Below, one piece after another: positions 28,684-38,400 of a DNA stretch of 64,000 nucleotides (its first letter is position 1; every line of letters begins with the position of its first letter). The position numbers and the translations under genes are program-made. Source of the stretch: a virus; the IMG/VR virus record IMGVR_UViG_3300009166_000001, positions 1-64,000 of that record, one strand, 5' to 3'. The notes below the pieces were generated by a model that was not told the DNA's origin, did not search any database, and saw only the letters and a program-made list of their open reading frames with translations.

Positions 28684-28758
28684 GCGGCTCTCCTGGACTC
28701 GAACCAGGATGCGTAGAACTGGTCAGGTTCTACCGCTCTGCCATTGAGCTAAGAGCCA
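28684..28758 (-). tRNA. atypical tRNA-like element (nominal anticodon GAC; 7-bp anticodon stem)
   Basis: normal D and T arms; anticodon arm GTAGAAC-CTGACCA-GTTCTAC. Confidence 0.7.
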
Positions 28759-28759
28759 T

Positions 28760-29187
28760 ACATTCTACCTATGGGCGCTTAAGGGAACCCACTTGGATAC
28801 CTGCCCACCAGGATTTTTAGGTTATCAGTTCTGCTCCACTTTTCGTTTCGCAGTGCCAGACACCCTTCGTCCCGGCACCACTCGACTCTCCCGCTCACGA
28901 TGACGATGAACGACTGGAGGATCGCTGTCAGCTTCCGCGTGATCCCCCGGACCCATCCGGTCATCGCTGCGAAGAGAGCCTTGACCACAAGATCCATCTT
29001 CCACTTTCCCATCGAACTCGTCAAGCCTTTCGGCCATTGCAATCAATTGCACGGTAGAGATCGGAGACAGCCAACCTCTACCGTCCAATGGGGCCTGCGA
29101 CGTTGACTTTGACGGAGGCACCGTCGCCGGTCCCACTGGCCCCCCATAGTGCAGGGGGCCGATTCGACGCCAAGAACCAGTCCCGTC
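28760..29187 (-). ncRNA. candidate second large structured RNA / structured leader
   Basis: several stems, GNRA hairpin GCC-GAAA-GGC, no convincing ORF; begins at promoter. Confidence 0.5.
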
Positions 29188-29193
29188 ACTCTG

Positions 29194-29221
29194 ACTATAA
29201 CAGGACAGCGTGTTTTGTCAA
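29194..29221 (-). promoter_or_regulatory. sigma70 promoter of the ncRNA operon, TTGACA-16-TATAGT
   Basis: direct match. Confidence 0.8.
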
Positions 29222-29229
29222 GGGACTGT

Positions 29230-29700
29230 CTACGGATTCGGGTAGGCAACGATCTTCTCGAAGGTGATCCTTGCGAGGCAAGCTCCGGTAGCCGCTGCGG
29301 AAGTCGTCAGTTCCAGCCACTCGTCTGGGGCCAGACGAAGGGCATCGGGATCGGTCAAGACGTACTCCGTGACCCCACCAGTCACCCACAGCACATCCAT
29401 CCCGCCCGCGCTCCTGATCCTCAGATCCCATGTCCCGCCCACAGGCAGCCCCGTCATGTCCAGAATGACCCTCTGGACCGTCAGGAATCGCCTGGGGTTG
29501 CCTAGCTCCATCTCCCTTCGGGTAGACGCTGGAAGGCCCGGTACGTCCACCGGAGGCCCTGCCATGAACCTTCCACCAGCCACCCCTATCTCCGGCGGAT
29601 AGGCCCTCACCCCATCCTGATCGGTCGGATTCCCGGTCGGAGCCGTCCCGTTGAACTGCCCTCCCACCGCCAATGCCTGCTCCACTATTATCGGGATCAT
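29230..29700 (-). CDS. probable virion protein
   Basis: last ORF of the tail operon; GGAAAG RBS. Confidence 0.55.
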   Translation of the reverse strand: MIPIIVEQALAVGGQFNGTAPTGNPTDQDGVRAYPPEIGVAGGRFMAGPPVDVPGLPASTRREMELGNPRRFLTVQRVILDMTGLPVGGTWDLRIRSAGGMDVLWVTGGVTEYVLTDPDALRLAPDEWLELTTSAAATGACLARITFEKIVAYPNP

Positions 29701-29713
29701 GGTTCTTTCCTCC

Positions 29714-30196
29714 TCAGATGATGATATCGATCTCGTAGATCAACTGCGTCGTCGCGTACTTCGTGTCCACGGGAAAGGTGAAGTACGCTACCATGTGTCC
29801 GGCCGAGTCGAAGATCGCAAACTCCCAGAACTCCGGCGGGTTCCCGAACCCGTCGTCATTCGCCTCCCCGAAGTCCACCACACACTCGATCCTCACGATG
29901 TTCGGAGCAACGAACAGGATGCTGTTGAACGCCTTCACTCCTATCGACGGGAACACGAACCGGCTGTCTACCGGATAGCTGCCAGGGTTCTCAACGCAAT
30001 CCAAGTCCGTCAGGGAAGGGTTAGGTGACTTCGGCACCTTCGTCGGCGGTACGGTGTACTGCCATCCCCCTTCCCCAATCTTGAAGCCCCCCCCGAAGAT
30101 CCGGTCGAAGAACCCGAGAGGATCTACGGGATCCGCATGATACCTCGCCCATCCCTCTTCCAGCGATTCCGCGATGACGCCTATTACCGTTGTCAT
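29714..30196 (-). CDS. baseplate/tail-fibre attachment protein (P2 gpH N-terminal-like)
   Basis: IGEGG...EAN...EFAIFDSAG.MVAY.TFP. Confidence 0.6.
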   Translation of the reverse strand: MTTVIGVIAESLEEGWARYHADPVDPLGFFDRIFGGGFKIGEGGWQYTVPPTKVPKSPNPSLTDLDCVENPGSYPVDSRFVFPSIGVKAFNSILFVAPNIVRIECVVDFGEANDDGFGNPPEFWEFAIFDSAGHMVAYFTFPVDTKYATTQLIYEIDIII

Positions 30197-30209
30197 GTCC
30201 TCACCCTCC

Positions 30210-31670
30210 TCAGTGCGTCAACGTGGCCGTGAACGAGTACAGATCCGTGGAGATCACATCGGCCTCCACGACATCGTACAGATAGCGAAGGCCCGCGACA
30301 AGCCTCCTCGATATCCCCTTCCGAAGCAAGGCCCGAAGATTCAGGCTGGCCTTCGCGTGGATCACCAAGGCGAACCGTGCGAACTCCACATGGATCGGCT
30401 TCAGGTCGTACATCGCATCGACTACCCGCTCGAACACGTACAGCCTCTCCTGGTCCGTCATCGCTACCGAGGGATCGTACTCTAGTTCCACCCCGATCTT
30501 GTGCGTCCCGCAGTAGCAGCAGTCCAGCCAGATCGGACAGGCATAGTCGAACAAGGCTTGCCCCGAAGGAGCCGGTCCTGCTCCCGATACGATCACCTTC
30601 CAGACGTTCGCCCCCAGGTACTCCGGAATCGCCTCCAGGTAGTAGCTGTAGGTCGTGCCCCCGCTCGTCACGTCCAGGTGCCAGTGCCCCGGCCATGCAA
30701 TCGCAAGTAGTGCCGTGGACGGTGCATTGATCGTCAGTTCCCATCCCGCGTAGGGACTCGTGAAGGCTACCCCTGACGAGATTGGGTACGGCCCCAACGG
30801 GATCACAGACGAGAACGCTGGATCCGAGCAGAAGATGTCGGTCGGGATGATGTCCGCGGCGATCTCATCGTAGAGTGGCATCCTTGGCTCAACGCACGTG
30901 TAGAACTTCCCACTCCCCACCGGGATCTCGAACACCTCGTCCGGCGGCAACGAGGACTCGAACCCGCACCGCACTCTCCATAGGTGGCACAACGACACCG
31001 TGAACCCGTAGAGCTTGCAGATGTACTCGTAGCCCTGTTGCGTCCCCTTCCACATCCTCCGCTGGTCATGGTGGAGGATCTGCGACCGCTCCCGAGCCTC
31101 CCCTAGATACTGGTCCACTTCCTCCCCGAAGTCGGCTCCCAAGTGGACGATCTGCTCCTCTGGCCGGAACCAATACTTCGTCCCGACCACCGGCTGATCC
31201 TCTGTCCCGTGAATCACCACCCGCCAGTTCGAGGTTGCCAGCGTCGTGTCGCTGTCGAGCTTGTAGACCCTCTCGACCACCCACCGCTTGAACGCCAAGT
31301 CCTGCGTCTCGATAACCCAGGTCTTCGACGCCTCCTCGATGGGGCTTCCCTTGATGTAGAGTGAGAGCCAACGATTGCCTGGATCGTCCGACTCATGCTG
31401 CTCGATGGACACGATCTCGATCTCGTGACGCTGGTTGTACCTCGTCCTGCATGTCCAAGGGTTTCTCAGGTTGAAGAAGTCCCGAATCGACTCCCGCAGC
31501 ATCTTCACGGACGGGATGATAGTGTTCACGAAGTTCCGCATGAACGACTCGCCCTGCTTCTCGTCCCGGAGCCGTCTCATCTCCGGGATCTGATTCCACA
31601 GGACATCGTTCTCCCAGTACCACTCTCCGAAGTAGCCGGAGCCGAACCCACCTATCCCGAATCCAGGCAT
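30210..31670 (-). CDS. baseplate wedge subunit (P2 gpI / T4 gp7-like)
   Basis: HLGADFG...R..KGTQQGY...LKPIH motifs. Confidence 0.65.
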   Translation of the reverse strand: MPGFGIGGFGSGYFGEWYWENDVLWNQIPEMRRLRDEKQGESFMRNFVNTIIPSVKMLRESIRDFFNLRNPWTCRTRYNQRHEIEIVSIEQHESDDPGNRWLSLYIKGSPIEEASKTWVIETQDLAFKRWVVERVYKLDSDTTLATSNWRVVIHGTEDQPVVGTKYWFRPEEQIVHLGADFGEEVDQYLGEARERSQILHHDQRRMWKGTQQGYEYICKLYGFTVSLCHLWRVRCGFESSLPPDEVFEIPVGSGKFYTCVEPRMPLYDEIAADIIPTDIFCSDPAFSSVIPLGPYPISSGVAFTSPYAGWELTINAPSTALLAIAWPGHWHLDVTSGGTTYSYYLEAIPEYLGANVWKVIVSGAGPAPSGQALFDYACPIWLDCCYCGTHKIGVELEYDPSVAMTDQERLYVFERVVDAMYDLKPIHVEFARFALVIHAKASLNLRALLRKGISRRLVAGLRYLYDVVEADVISTDLYSFTATLTH

Positions 31671-33493
31671 CAGTCAGCCGCGAATATCTGAACGTAGATT
31701 TCATCGCCGGGGATGTTGGGATCGTTGAGGTTCCACGCTACACCTGTGTCGTATCTGTAGGCTATATCCAGTGTCGCAGGTGGTCCCGGAGCCTTCGACA
31801 CCACATGGACCATCCTGCCCGTCGCAGGTATCACGCTCCCATGCGAGAACCCCAGCGCAACCGAGTAGTTCGAGTCCTGCACCCAATCGTTGCCATCCTC
31901 GTCCAGATCGAACGTCAGACGGTAGTGACCGGCTCCTATCGTCGCCACAGAATCAAAGCCGTAGCTGTCCGTCATCACGAGCGCAACGCCGTTCCACTGA
32001 AGCGTTGCCCATGCTCGCGGCGTGTTCTGCTCGAACAGGGCTTGCCTGTGCCTCGTGTTTCCCACAGGCCCCACCCCAGCCTTGACGCCGATATCTCCTT
32101 CCATCTCAAAGAGAGGATGCGGAGCCACGGCAGGCCCGTTCTTACGTCGCACTACTATCGACCGTCCACCACCCGCCACTCCCGCGGCCGGAAGGATTGT
32201 CCCCGCTACCAATTCCCAATCGATGATCTGCACCTGCGTCGGGTTCGGGAACACATCCCATGCCCAGTCCCGGATCCGCAGCACCGATGCACTCACTGGC
32301 TGCATCACGTGCTCGTTCGCATCCACGGACGGATCCAACTGCGGTCCCCGCCCCTCCAGTACCTCCATCTCGAAGTCGTCGAAGTAGAAGTAGACGTTCG
32401 CCCCCGTGTTGTCCGTATGGATGATCGTCAGGATCGGCAGCGCGTAGACGATGTTCCTGCCGTCGATTACATGGACCTCGTTCTCCAGCTTCGTCCATGC
32501 CGTCGCAGCACCACCTACCCCTATCGCCAGAAGTGCCGACACCGCCCCCGGAGCAGGCACAATGTTCCCGTCCTTGTCGAGATACATGATGCCATAGCCA
32601 AGGGTCCAGTTCCCGCCTCCCCCCAATGCCACCGGCACCTTGTACTGGAACGAAAACCTGATGACATCGCCACCCTTGACGTGCGTGAGCATCTTGTGAG
32701 ACAGAACCAACGTGGTCGGCACTCCAGCCGTGTCCGACTTCGCGTTCACCACGAAATGCAGATCCCCGGACGGAGGGGCCGGATCTACGTCGTCCACCGT
32801 CATGTAGCCGTTGTCCTGCGGCAGCACATCCAGGAAGGCAGGACTCGACTGCTTCCACTCCTCTACGAGCTTGTTCCCGAGCGCGTGCAGGCCCATGTAC
32901 TCGTCCGCACGCCCGAACCGGATCATCTTCTGCCAGTCGATCCGTCCCTTGCTCTCGTAGTTCCGAGCGATCTGCCTTACCGCCGCCGGACTCCCACCCG
33001 TCGTCAGGGAGTAGTCCGACACGCCCAGGTTCGGAGTTCCAGCCGGGTTCGGATCGATGTCCGTCGCACCACTGTAGTTGACCCACCCGATCACCGCGAT
33101 CCGTCCGGAGTACGTCGGGTTCGAAAGCTCTGCCGTCGTCAGGATGTAGATCCGGGCATCGGTCAAGGCTCCGATGCTGTAGTCGGTCCACGCCACGATC
33201 CAGTATTGCCCCGGTGCAAGAGCCGACATGTCGATAGTGATCGGTCCATCCACGATCAACGTCATGATCCTGTTGTCCGCGTTCCGGAGGCAGATCACGC
33301 TATCGAGCTTCACTGGATCCACCAGAAGCCTGAACTGCGTCTTGGAAGCGGGAGATTGAGCCGCCAACTCGAAGCCCCTCACGATGCCGTGAGACTCAGC
33401 CGTGAGCTTCTTGTTGATGCCCTCGCTGACGTATCGCTCCTCCCACCGGAGCTTCTTCTGCGGATCCGTGAACAAGTAGACGGAAGTAGCCAT
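31670..33493 (-). CDS. tail fibre / receptor-binding protein with a CBM-like domain
   Basis: tail-operon position; FYFDDFE beta-sandwich; C-terminal G.YRLTF..NYSV. Confidence 0.55.
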   Translation of the reverse strand: MATSVYLFTDPQKKLRWEERYVSEGINKKLTAESHGIVRGFELAAQSPASKTQFRLLVDPVKLDSVICLRNADNRIMTLIVDGPITIDMSALAPGQYWIVAWTDYSIGALTDARIYILTTAELSNPTYSGRIAVIGWVNYSGATDIDPNPAGTPNLGVSDYSLTTGGSPAAVRQIARNYESKGRIDWQKMIRFGRADEYMGLHALGNKLVEEWKQSSPAFLDVLPQDNGYMTVDDVDPAPPSGDLHFVVNAKSDTAGVPTTLVLSHKMLTHVKGGDVIRFSFQYKVPVALGGGGNWTLGYGIMYLDKDGNIVPAPGAVSALLAIGVGGAATAWTKLENEVHVIDGRNIVYALPILTIIHTDNTGANVYFYFDDFEMEVLEGRGPQLDPSVDANEHVMQPVSASVLRIRDWAWDVFPNPTQVQIIDWELVAGTILPAAGVAGGGRSIVVRRKNGPAVAPHPLFEMEGDIGVKAGVGPVGNTRHRQALFEQNTPRAWATLQWNGVALVMTDSYGFDSVATIGAGHYRLTFDLDEDGNDWVQDSNYSVALGFSHGSVIPATGRMVHVVSKAPGPPATLDIAYRYDTGVAWNLNDPNIPGDEIYVQIFAAD

Positions 33494-33506
33494 CGATCAC
33501 CTCGAA

Positions 33507-33522
33507 TGTTTCACGTGAAACA
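33507..33522. promoter_or_regulatory. perfect bacterial parS (TGTTTCACGTGAAACA)
   Basis: exact 16-bp consensus palindrome, intergenic. Confidence 0.85.
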
Positions 33523-33540
33523 ATCCTTGCCCCATTGCAA

Positions 33541-33750
33541 TCAATTGCAAGTCGCCTGCGGGATCCACGTCTCTCCGTCGTAGACCATCAGCCGCTTCGG
33601 CTCGTCAGTCGAGAGATACCTGTCCCCCGCCTTGGGGGTCCCGAAGTGCTTCGTGGCAGCCTTGTCATCGGCCACATCGGGAACGTCGATCCCCTTTCCT
33701 CGAAGCAGCCCCGCTATCGTCTGCGCGTCCATTCTGATCTGCATCTTCAT
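33541..33750 (-). CDS. small tail-associated protein
   Basis: GAGGA RBS; P..GD.Y...L.VYDG.TW fibre-type motif. Confidence 0.55.
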   Translation of the reverse strand: MKMQIRMDAQTIAGLLRGKGIDVPDVADDKAATKHFGTPKAGDRYLSTDEPKRLMVYDGETWIPQATCN

Positions 33751-33762
33751 GGCTGTCCTCCT

Positions 33763-35079
33763 CTACGGATGCACCGTGTCCGACTGGTCCACCCACCCAC
33801 GCCCCGTCTGGTAAGTCAGCACGCATCCAGGCCCCGGAACCGCCGGATTTCCCTGCTGTGCATCTACCGCTTGGAACCTCATTCCCGGAGGCGGCGTCAC
33901 TCCTACCGCCGTGAGCCTCTGATCCGCCCCGAACTTGGTCCCGGACGAGAATTCCAGATCGAGCATCTGCATGATCGTCATCCCGGCTGCCGACCATCCA
34001 GCCCCACCGTGCCCAGTAGGCACCCCGATCCCATCTATGGACACGTCGTCCTGGATCATGATGCACGTCGCATCTGCGTCTACTGCCCTACCGCCTGCTC
34101 CAGGTCCCCCGAACGATGCCACCCCTCGAAGGAGAGCCGTCGCACCGTTCCGCATCTTCAGGATGTTGTGGCCATCGAGCATCATGCCCGATCCGATGAA
34201 CGCACCCCCATCCACGTCCACAGCGGATCCACCACCTGCCATGTCGCATGAGAAGTTCACCTGCGACACGAATGCTTGTCCCCCACCCCTGATCACCAGG
34301 AAGTCGGTTGATCCTGCGAATCCTATTGGCGCTCCACCGCCACCGATGTACCATGCCAGCCCACCACCATCCACGAAGATTGCCGGTCCCCCCGGCACGT
34401 ATCCATCCACCCCACACGAGAGCATGATCACCTGCGATGGCCCCGTGTTGTCGATCCAGAGCCCCATCGCTCCGTTCACCCCAGCACAGACCACCTCCAG
34501 GATGAATGTCTCGCTATAGAGCACCCCCGCGTCCGCGATGAAGCGTAGGGCCGCGTCTGCCGGGTTGGCAGACGTGGACACCACATTGATGCCCTTCAGT
34601 CCGCTATTCTGTGCTGGCATCGTGAGAGTCACCCCGGACGGAGAAGACAGCCTCGTGTCCCGTCCAATGCTCCCGCCCCGCAGGTACACGAAGGGAGGCA
34701 CTACCACGTTCTCCACGAAGTCATCCGGCGGTAGCTCGATCACGAACCTGTTGTTCGCCGCTGCCTCCGATGCCACCGCGTCGATGGCTGCCTGGACCGT
34801 AGAATAGTCAGCCCGGAAGGTCCTCTTCGATGGCCTCTTGATCCCCGTAATCTCCAGGAGCTTCGAGTAGTAGCCCCGGAAATACTTCTCCAGCCTGTCC
34901 GGCGTGAAGTCTACATCGATCTCGTCCCGCTCGATCTGCTTCTCGATCTCACGGAAGTCCTCGTTCGGAAAGAAGGTCCAGGGCAACGATCCTTGCCCGT
35001 AGGCGTTCAGCTTCATCTGCTGAAAAGGTGGCGGCGCGTACCGCTGATAGGCCGTCTTGTTCGTGATCCTTATCTGCAT
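33763..35079 (-). CDS. tailspike-like protein (pectin-lyase-like beta-helix)
   Basis: YSTVQAAIDA...Y.LRG beta-helix cap; G-rich beta repeats. Confidence 0.6.
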   Translation of the reverse strand: MQIRITNKTAYQRYAPPPFQQMKLNAYGQGSLPWTFFPNEDFREIEKQIERDEIDVDFTPDRLEKYFRGYYSKLLEITGIKRPSKRTFRADYSTVQAAIDAVASEAAANNRFVIELPPDDFVENVVVPPFVYLRGGSIGRDTRLSSPSGVTLTMPAQNSGLKGINVVSTSANPADAALRFIADAGVLYSETFILEVVCAGVNGAMGLWIDNTGPSQVIMLSCGVDGYVPGGPAIFVDGGGLAWYIGGGGAPIGFAGSTDFLVIRGGGQAFVSQVNFSCDMAGGGSAVDVDGGAFIGSGMMLDGHNILKMRNGATALLRGVASFGGPGAGGRAVDADATCIMIQDDVSIDGIGVPTGHGGAGWSAAGMTIMQMLDLEFSSGTKFGADQRLTAVGVTPPPGMRFQAVDAQQGNPAVPGPGCVLTYQTGRGWVDQSDTVHP

Positions 35080-35136
35080 GTCCTACCTCATCATCCCCAC
35101 ACTCATCTTCACCGGAAACGTCCCCGGTTGCAAGCC

Positions 35137-35391
35137 TTACGGCTTCTCTTCCAGCATCGCAACCGCTCCGTGCTGGACCACCTCGTACTCCTTCTCAGGC
35201 GTCCCACGGAATAGCCGTGCCACCACCCCGTCCTTTCGCTGGCACATCTTGTAGAAGGTCATTCCCACCAGCGCCTCGATGCCCTTGTCCTGGAGCATCA
35301 GATCCTTCGAAGTACCGGCAGCCACCTCTCCACGGAAAGGCCATGGCGTTGCCAGTGCGCTTGTTCCACCGTTCTCTATGTGAAGCCTCAT
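35137..35391 (-). CDS. small hypothetical tail-region protein
   Basis: GGAGG RBS. Confidence 0.5.
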   Translation of the reverse strand: MRLHIENGGTSALATPWPFRGEVAAGTSKDLMLQDKGIEALVGMTFYKMCQRKDGVVARLFRGTPEKEYEVVQHGAVAMLEEKP

Positions 35392-35400
35392 CTTGTCCTC

Positions 35401-38400
35401 CTAGACGAACGCTACCCCGTTCCAGTTGTTCGGTACAGGCCCCGGCACGTAGGATCCTAGCAGCGCAGCTAGGTTGTCCACTCCAGGCACCGCTGGCGTC
35501 CCGAACACGTTGGCCCAGACCGTCATGTTCGGGCCGAACGTCCCAAGACCGATGGCGTAGAATCCGAGGTCGTATGGACCTAGCGCGACACCGTGCGGGT
35601 CGATCTTATTCGAGTGAACGTGCAGATCCCCGCAGGACAGGACCGCGTTCGCCTCGAACCTCAGCGAGTCGATACCGAACACCGCTGTCGGTCCCCGCAG
35701 TACATTGTCGTGGACGCTCCCGAACTGGCAGTCCCGGATCTTCACCAGGGCATCTACCGAAGCAGGATTCGGATAGCACCTGTCGATCACGTTGTCGTGG
35801 ACATCGATGTGATTGCAGAGATTCAGCAGGATCCCGCTGCCCTCCGCAATCAGACCATCGAATCCGTACTGGACGTTCCCTGCCACATGCACCACGTCCA
35901 CATCGTCAATGTCCACGAAGGCAGACAGGAACTCCCCATACGACTCGTTCTGGTCCACGACCACGTTACGAAGACCACCGGCCATCGAGGACACGATGAT
36001 CCCGTAGCTGGGCTCCGACCCATCGGAGAACCTGATCTGGTTCTCCTTGACCTCGAAGTTCCGTCCATCGGCCAGGATCAGGATGTACTGCACTCCCTGC
36101 TCCAGATCCCTGTCGCACTGGTTCCCAATTACCTCCAACTCGTTGATCGTCGGCGTGTCGGCCTGCATGATCATCATGCCACCAAGCAAGGCATAGCCCA
36201 CAGGCTTCACCGCGCTCGTCCCGGAGCCGATCCGGTTCCTGTTGAACTGGAGTCTCGACTGCTGGATCCCGAGGCTCTGCTGATCCGCGTACAGGATCGC
36301 CCAGCAGTTCACGGCAGTCGCAAGGTTCACGTACACCCCATAGACCGCGTTGCCGTTCACCTTCACCATCGACCCGGACCCGCAGTAGACCCCGAACGAC
36401 ACATACTCCCCGATCACGCTCCCGATACTGTTGTCCGAGATCGACACGTCCTCTACGTAGGTCGGAGTCGCTCCTCCACCGCTCTGAAGCGACCCTATCC
36501 CGAACGAGAACGCCGCTCCGCTCGCGCCACCGATCCCCTCGATGCTGTTGTGATCCGCCGTCACCTGCCTCACCGGATTCCGCAGGTAGATCCCGTGGAA
36601 CTCCGTGTTGGTCGTAGGTGCCGTCGCCAACACCTGCTCGATCTCGTTCCCGTCGAAGTGGCAGTTCCTCATGTGCCTGCTCGTCAGGCTCAGGGCTACC
36701 TCCTTCACCGGCCCGATTCCGCAGCACAGATCATGTCCGTCCGGTCCAGTCTCCAAGTTCACGTACACCCCGTAGATCCAGTTGTCTTTAGCCTGGACAC
36801 TGAATACGTCGTCCGACCCCGGACCCGAGGGACTGTACCTGATGCCCCAGGCCCCGTACTCCTCGAACAACACCCTCCCAACGTCGGTGCGCTCGAAGTT
36901 CATGTTCACCCCGTAGATCCGGTTATGAACCACGGTGGACTGCGGGTACACGTGGATCCCGAATGACAGGCAGTTCTTCACCTCGTTCCCCTCGATGACC
37001 CCATGGCCCCGAATGCCGTTCCCGTAGTTCTGTCCGTCAACCGAGCATCCCCGGATCGACACGTCTGGCACGGCGTAGGGGACATCGATCCCGAGGCCAG
37101 GGAACCCGTCCACCACGCACCCGTCGATCTTCACCACGGATGCAGCCAGCACCCTGATCCCGTAGGTCGTCCCTGCAAGGCTGGCGAACGATGGCCCGAA
37201 CACGTGATTCTCCGCTATCGAGACTCGTCCACCAGAGATCCTCACTCCCGCAGCCCATGCAATCGCGTCACCATGCAGCACGCACGAGGTCCGCGAGAAG
37301 TCCATCGACCCGTTCGTGACTAGGCCAACGAGCACGTTGGAGGTCTCCGTCGCGTCGTAGTCCGGCCCGTCGATGTAGCTGTCTCTCAGGATCGCTGGAG
37401 TTGCCCTGACATCGACCCACAACTGGCTGGCAACCAGCGACCCACTCAGGTTGCTCCCGAACGTGAAGCACCCGTCCAGGATCGCTCCTCCATCGGCACC
37501 ACCGCTCCCGAGCTTCAGCGCGTGGCAATGCTCCGAGATCACCTGCGTATCGTGGATCAGCAGGCCGTCCACGTGCAGGGCGAACATCCCGTAGCCGTTC
37601 GGGTACAGGACTCCAGGCCCCCCGAATCCTGTCGTTGCCCACACGACGCTCCGGTCGATACTGGACGAGTACACCCAGCCCGGAACCCGGATTCCGCTGT
37701 CCTGACCCATGATCAGCGTGTCCACGATGGTCACTCCGGTCATGTCCGTCTCGAAGTACATGCCCGCTGCCGCTACTCCGTGCGCTCCCTCGTCCCACCC
37801 CATGATCAGGCACCGGCTGAACACCACCTCCGGCTTCGAGAAGGCAGAGGCCGTCTGCCCCAGGACACCGCAGCACCCCTCTCCTATCACGATCACGTCC
37901 TCGAACACCGTCTTGCCGATCAGAGCCACCTGTGACGTGCTGGACGGCCCTACGAGCCCCACCGCAGCCCGTTCCGAAATGTCCCCTCTCGCGTACACCA
38001 TGACGTTCCGAAGCGAGTTCCCGTGCCCCACGAGCAGCATCACGGGGTAGGGCGCGGCCGGGAAGGTCGTCGTCTCCGGCGTGGCGTTCGCATGGAATCC
38101 GATCACCGAGTACCCGGACCCCGCAATCTCCGTGTCCGGTGGCACCTGGAGCCAGTGCCTCTCCTCCGTGTACCCCACCACCTCCACGATCCTGCCCCAC
38201 CTCTTGATCAGGGCCGGTCCCCCTACCTCGTCATTGCCCCACTCGTGAGGCATGGCGTTGATGTACCTGAACGCCGCGTCCAAGCATCCGAACTGCGCCT
38301 CCGTCTCGTTCAGCAACGGCAGGCTGGCGAACGGCACGAAGTTCGCTGTCGCCCAGTCCGTCCTCAGTCCTACCGTCAGGTTGTTCTTCAGCGCAGCCTT

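Noticed and set aside
27365-29249. Short ORFs across the RNA operon
   Set aside because: They overlap tRNAs, tmRNA and structured RNA and have no recognisable protein features.
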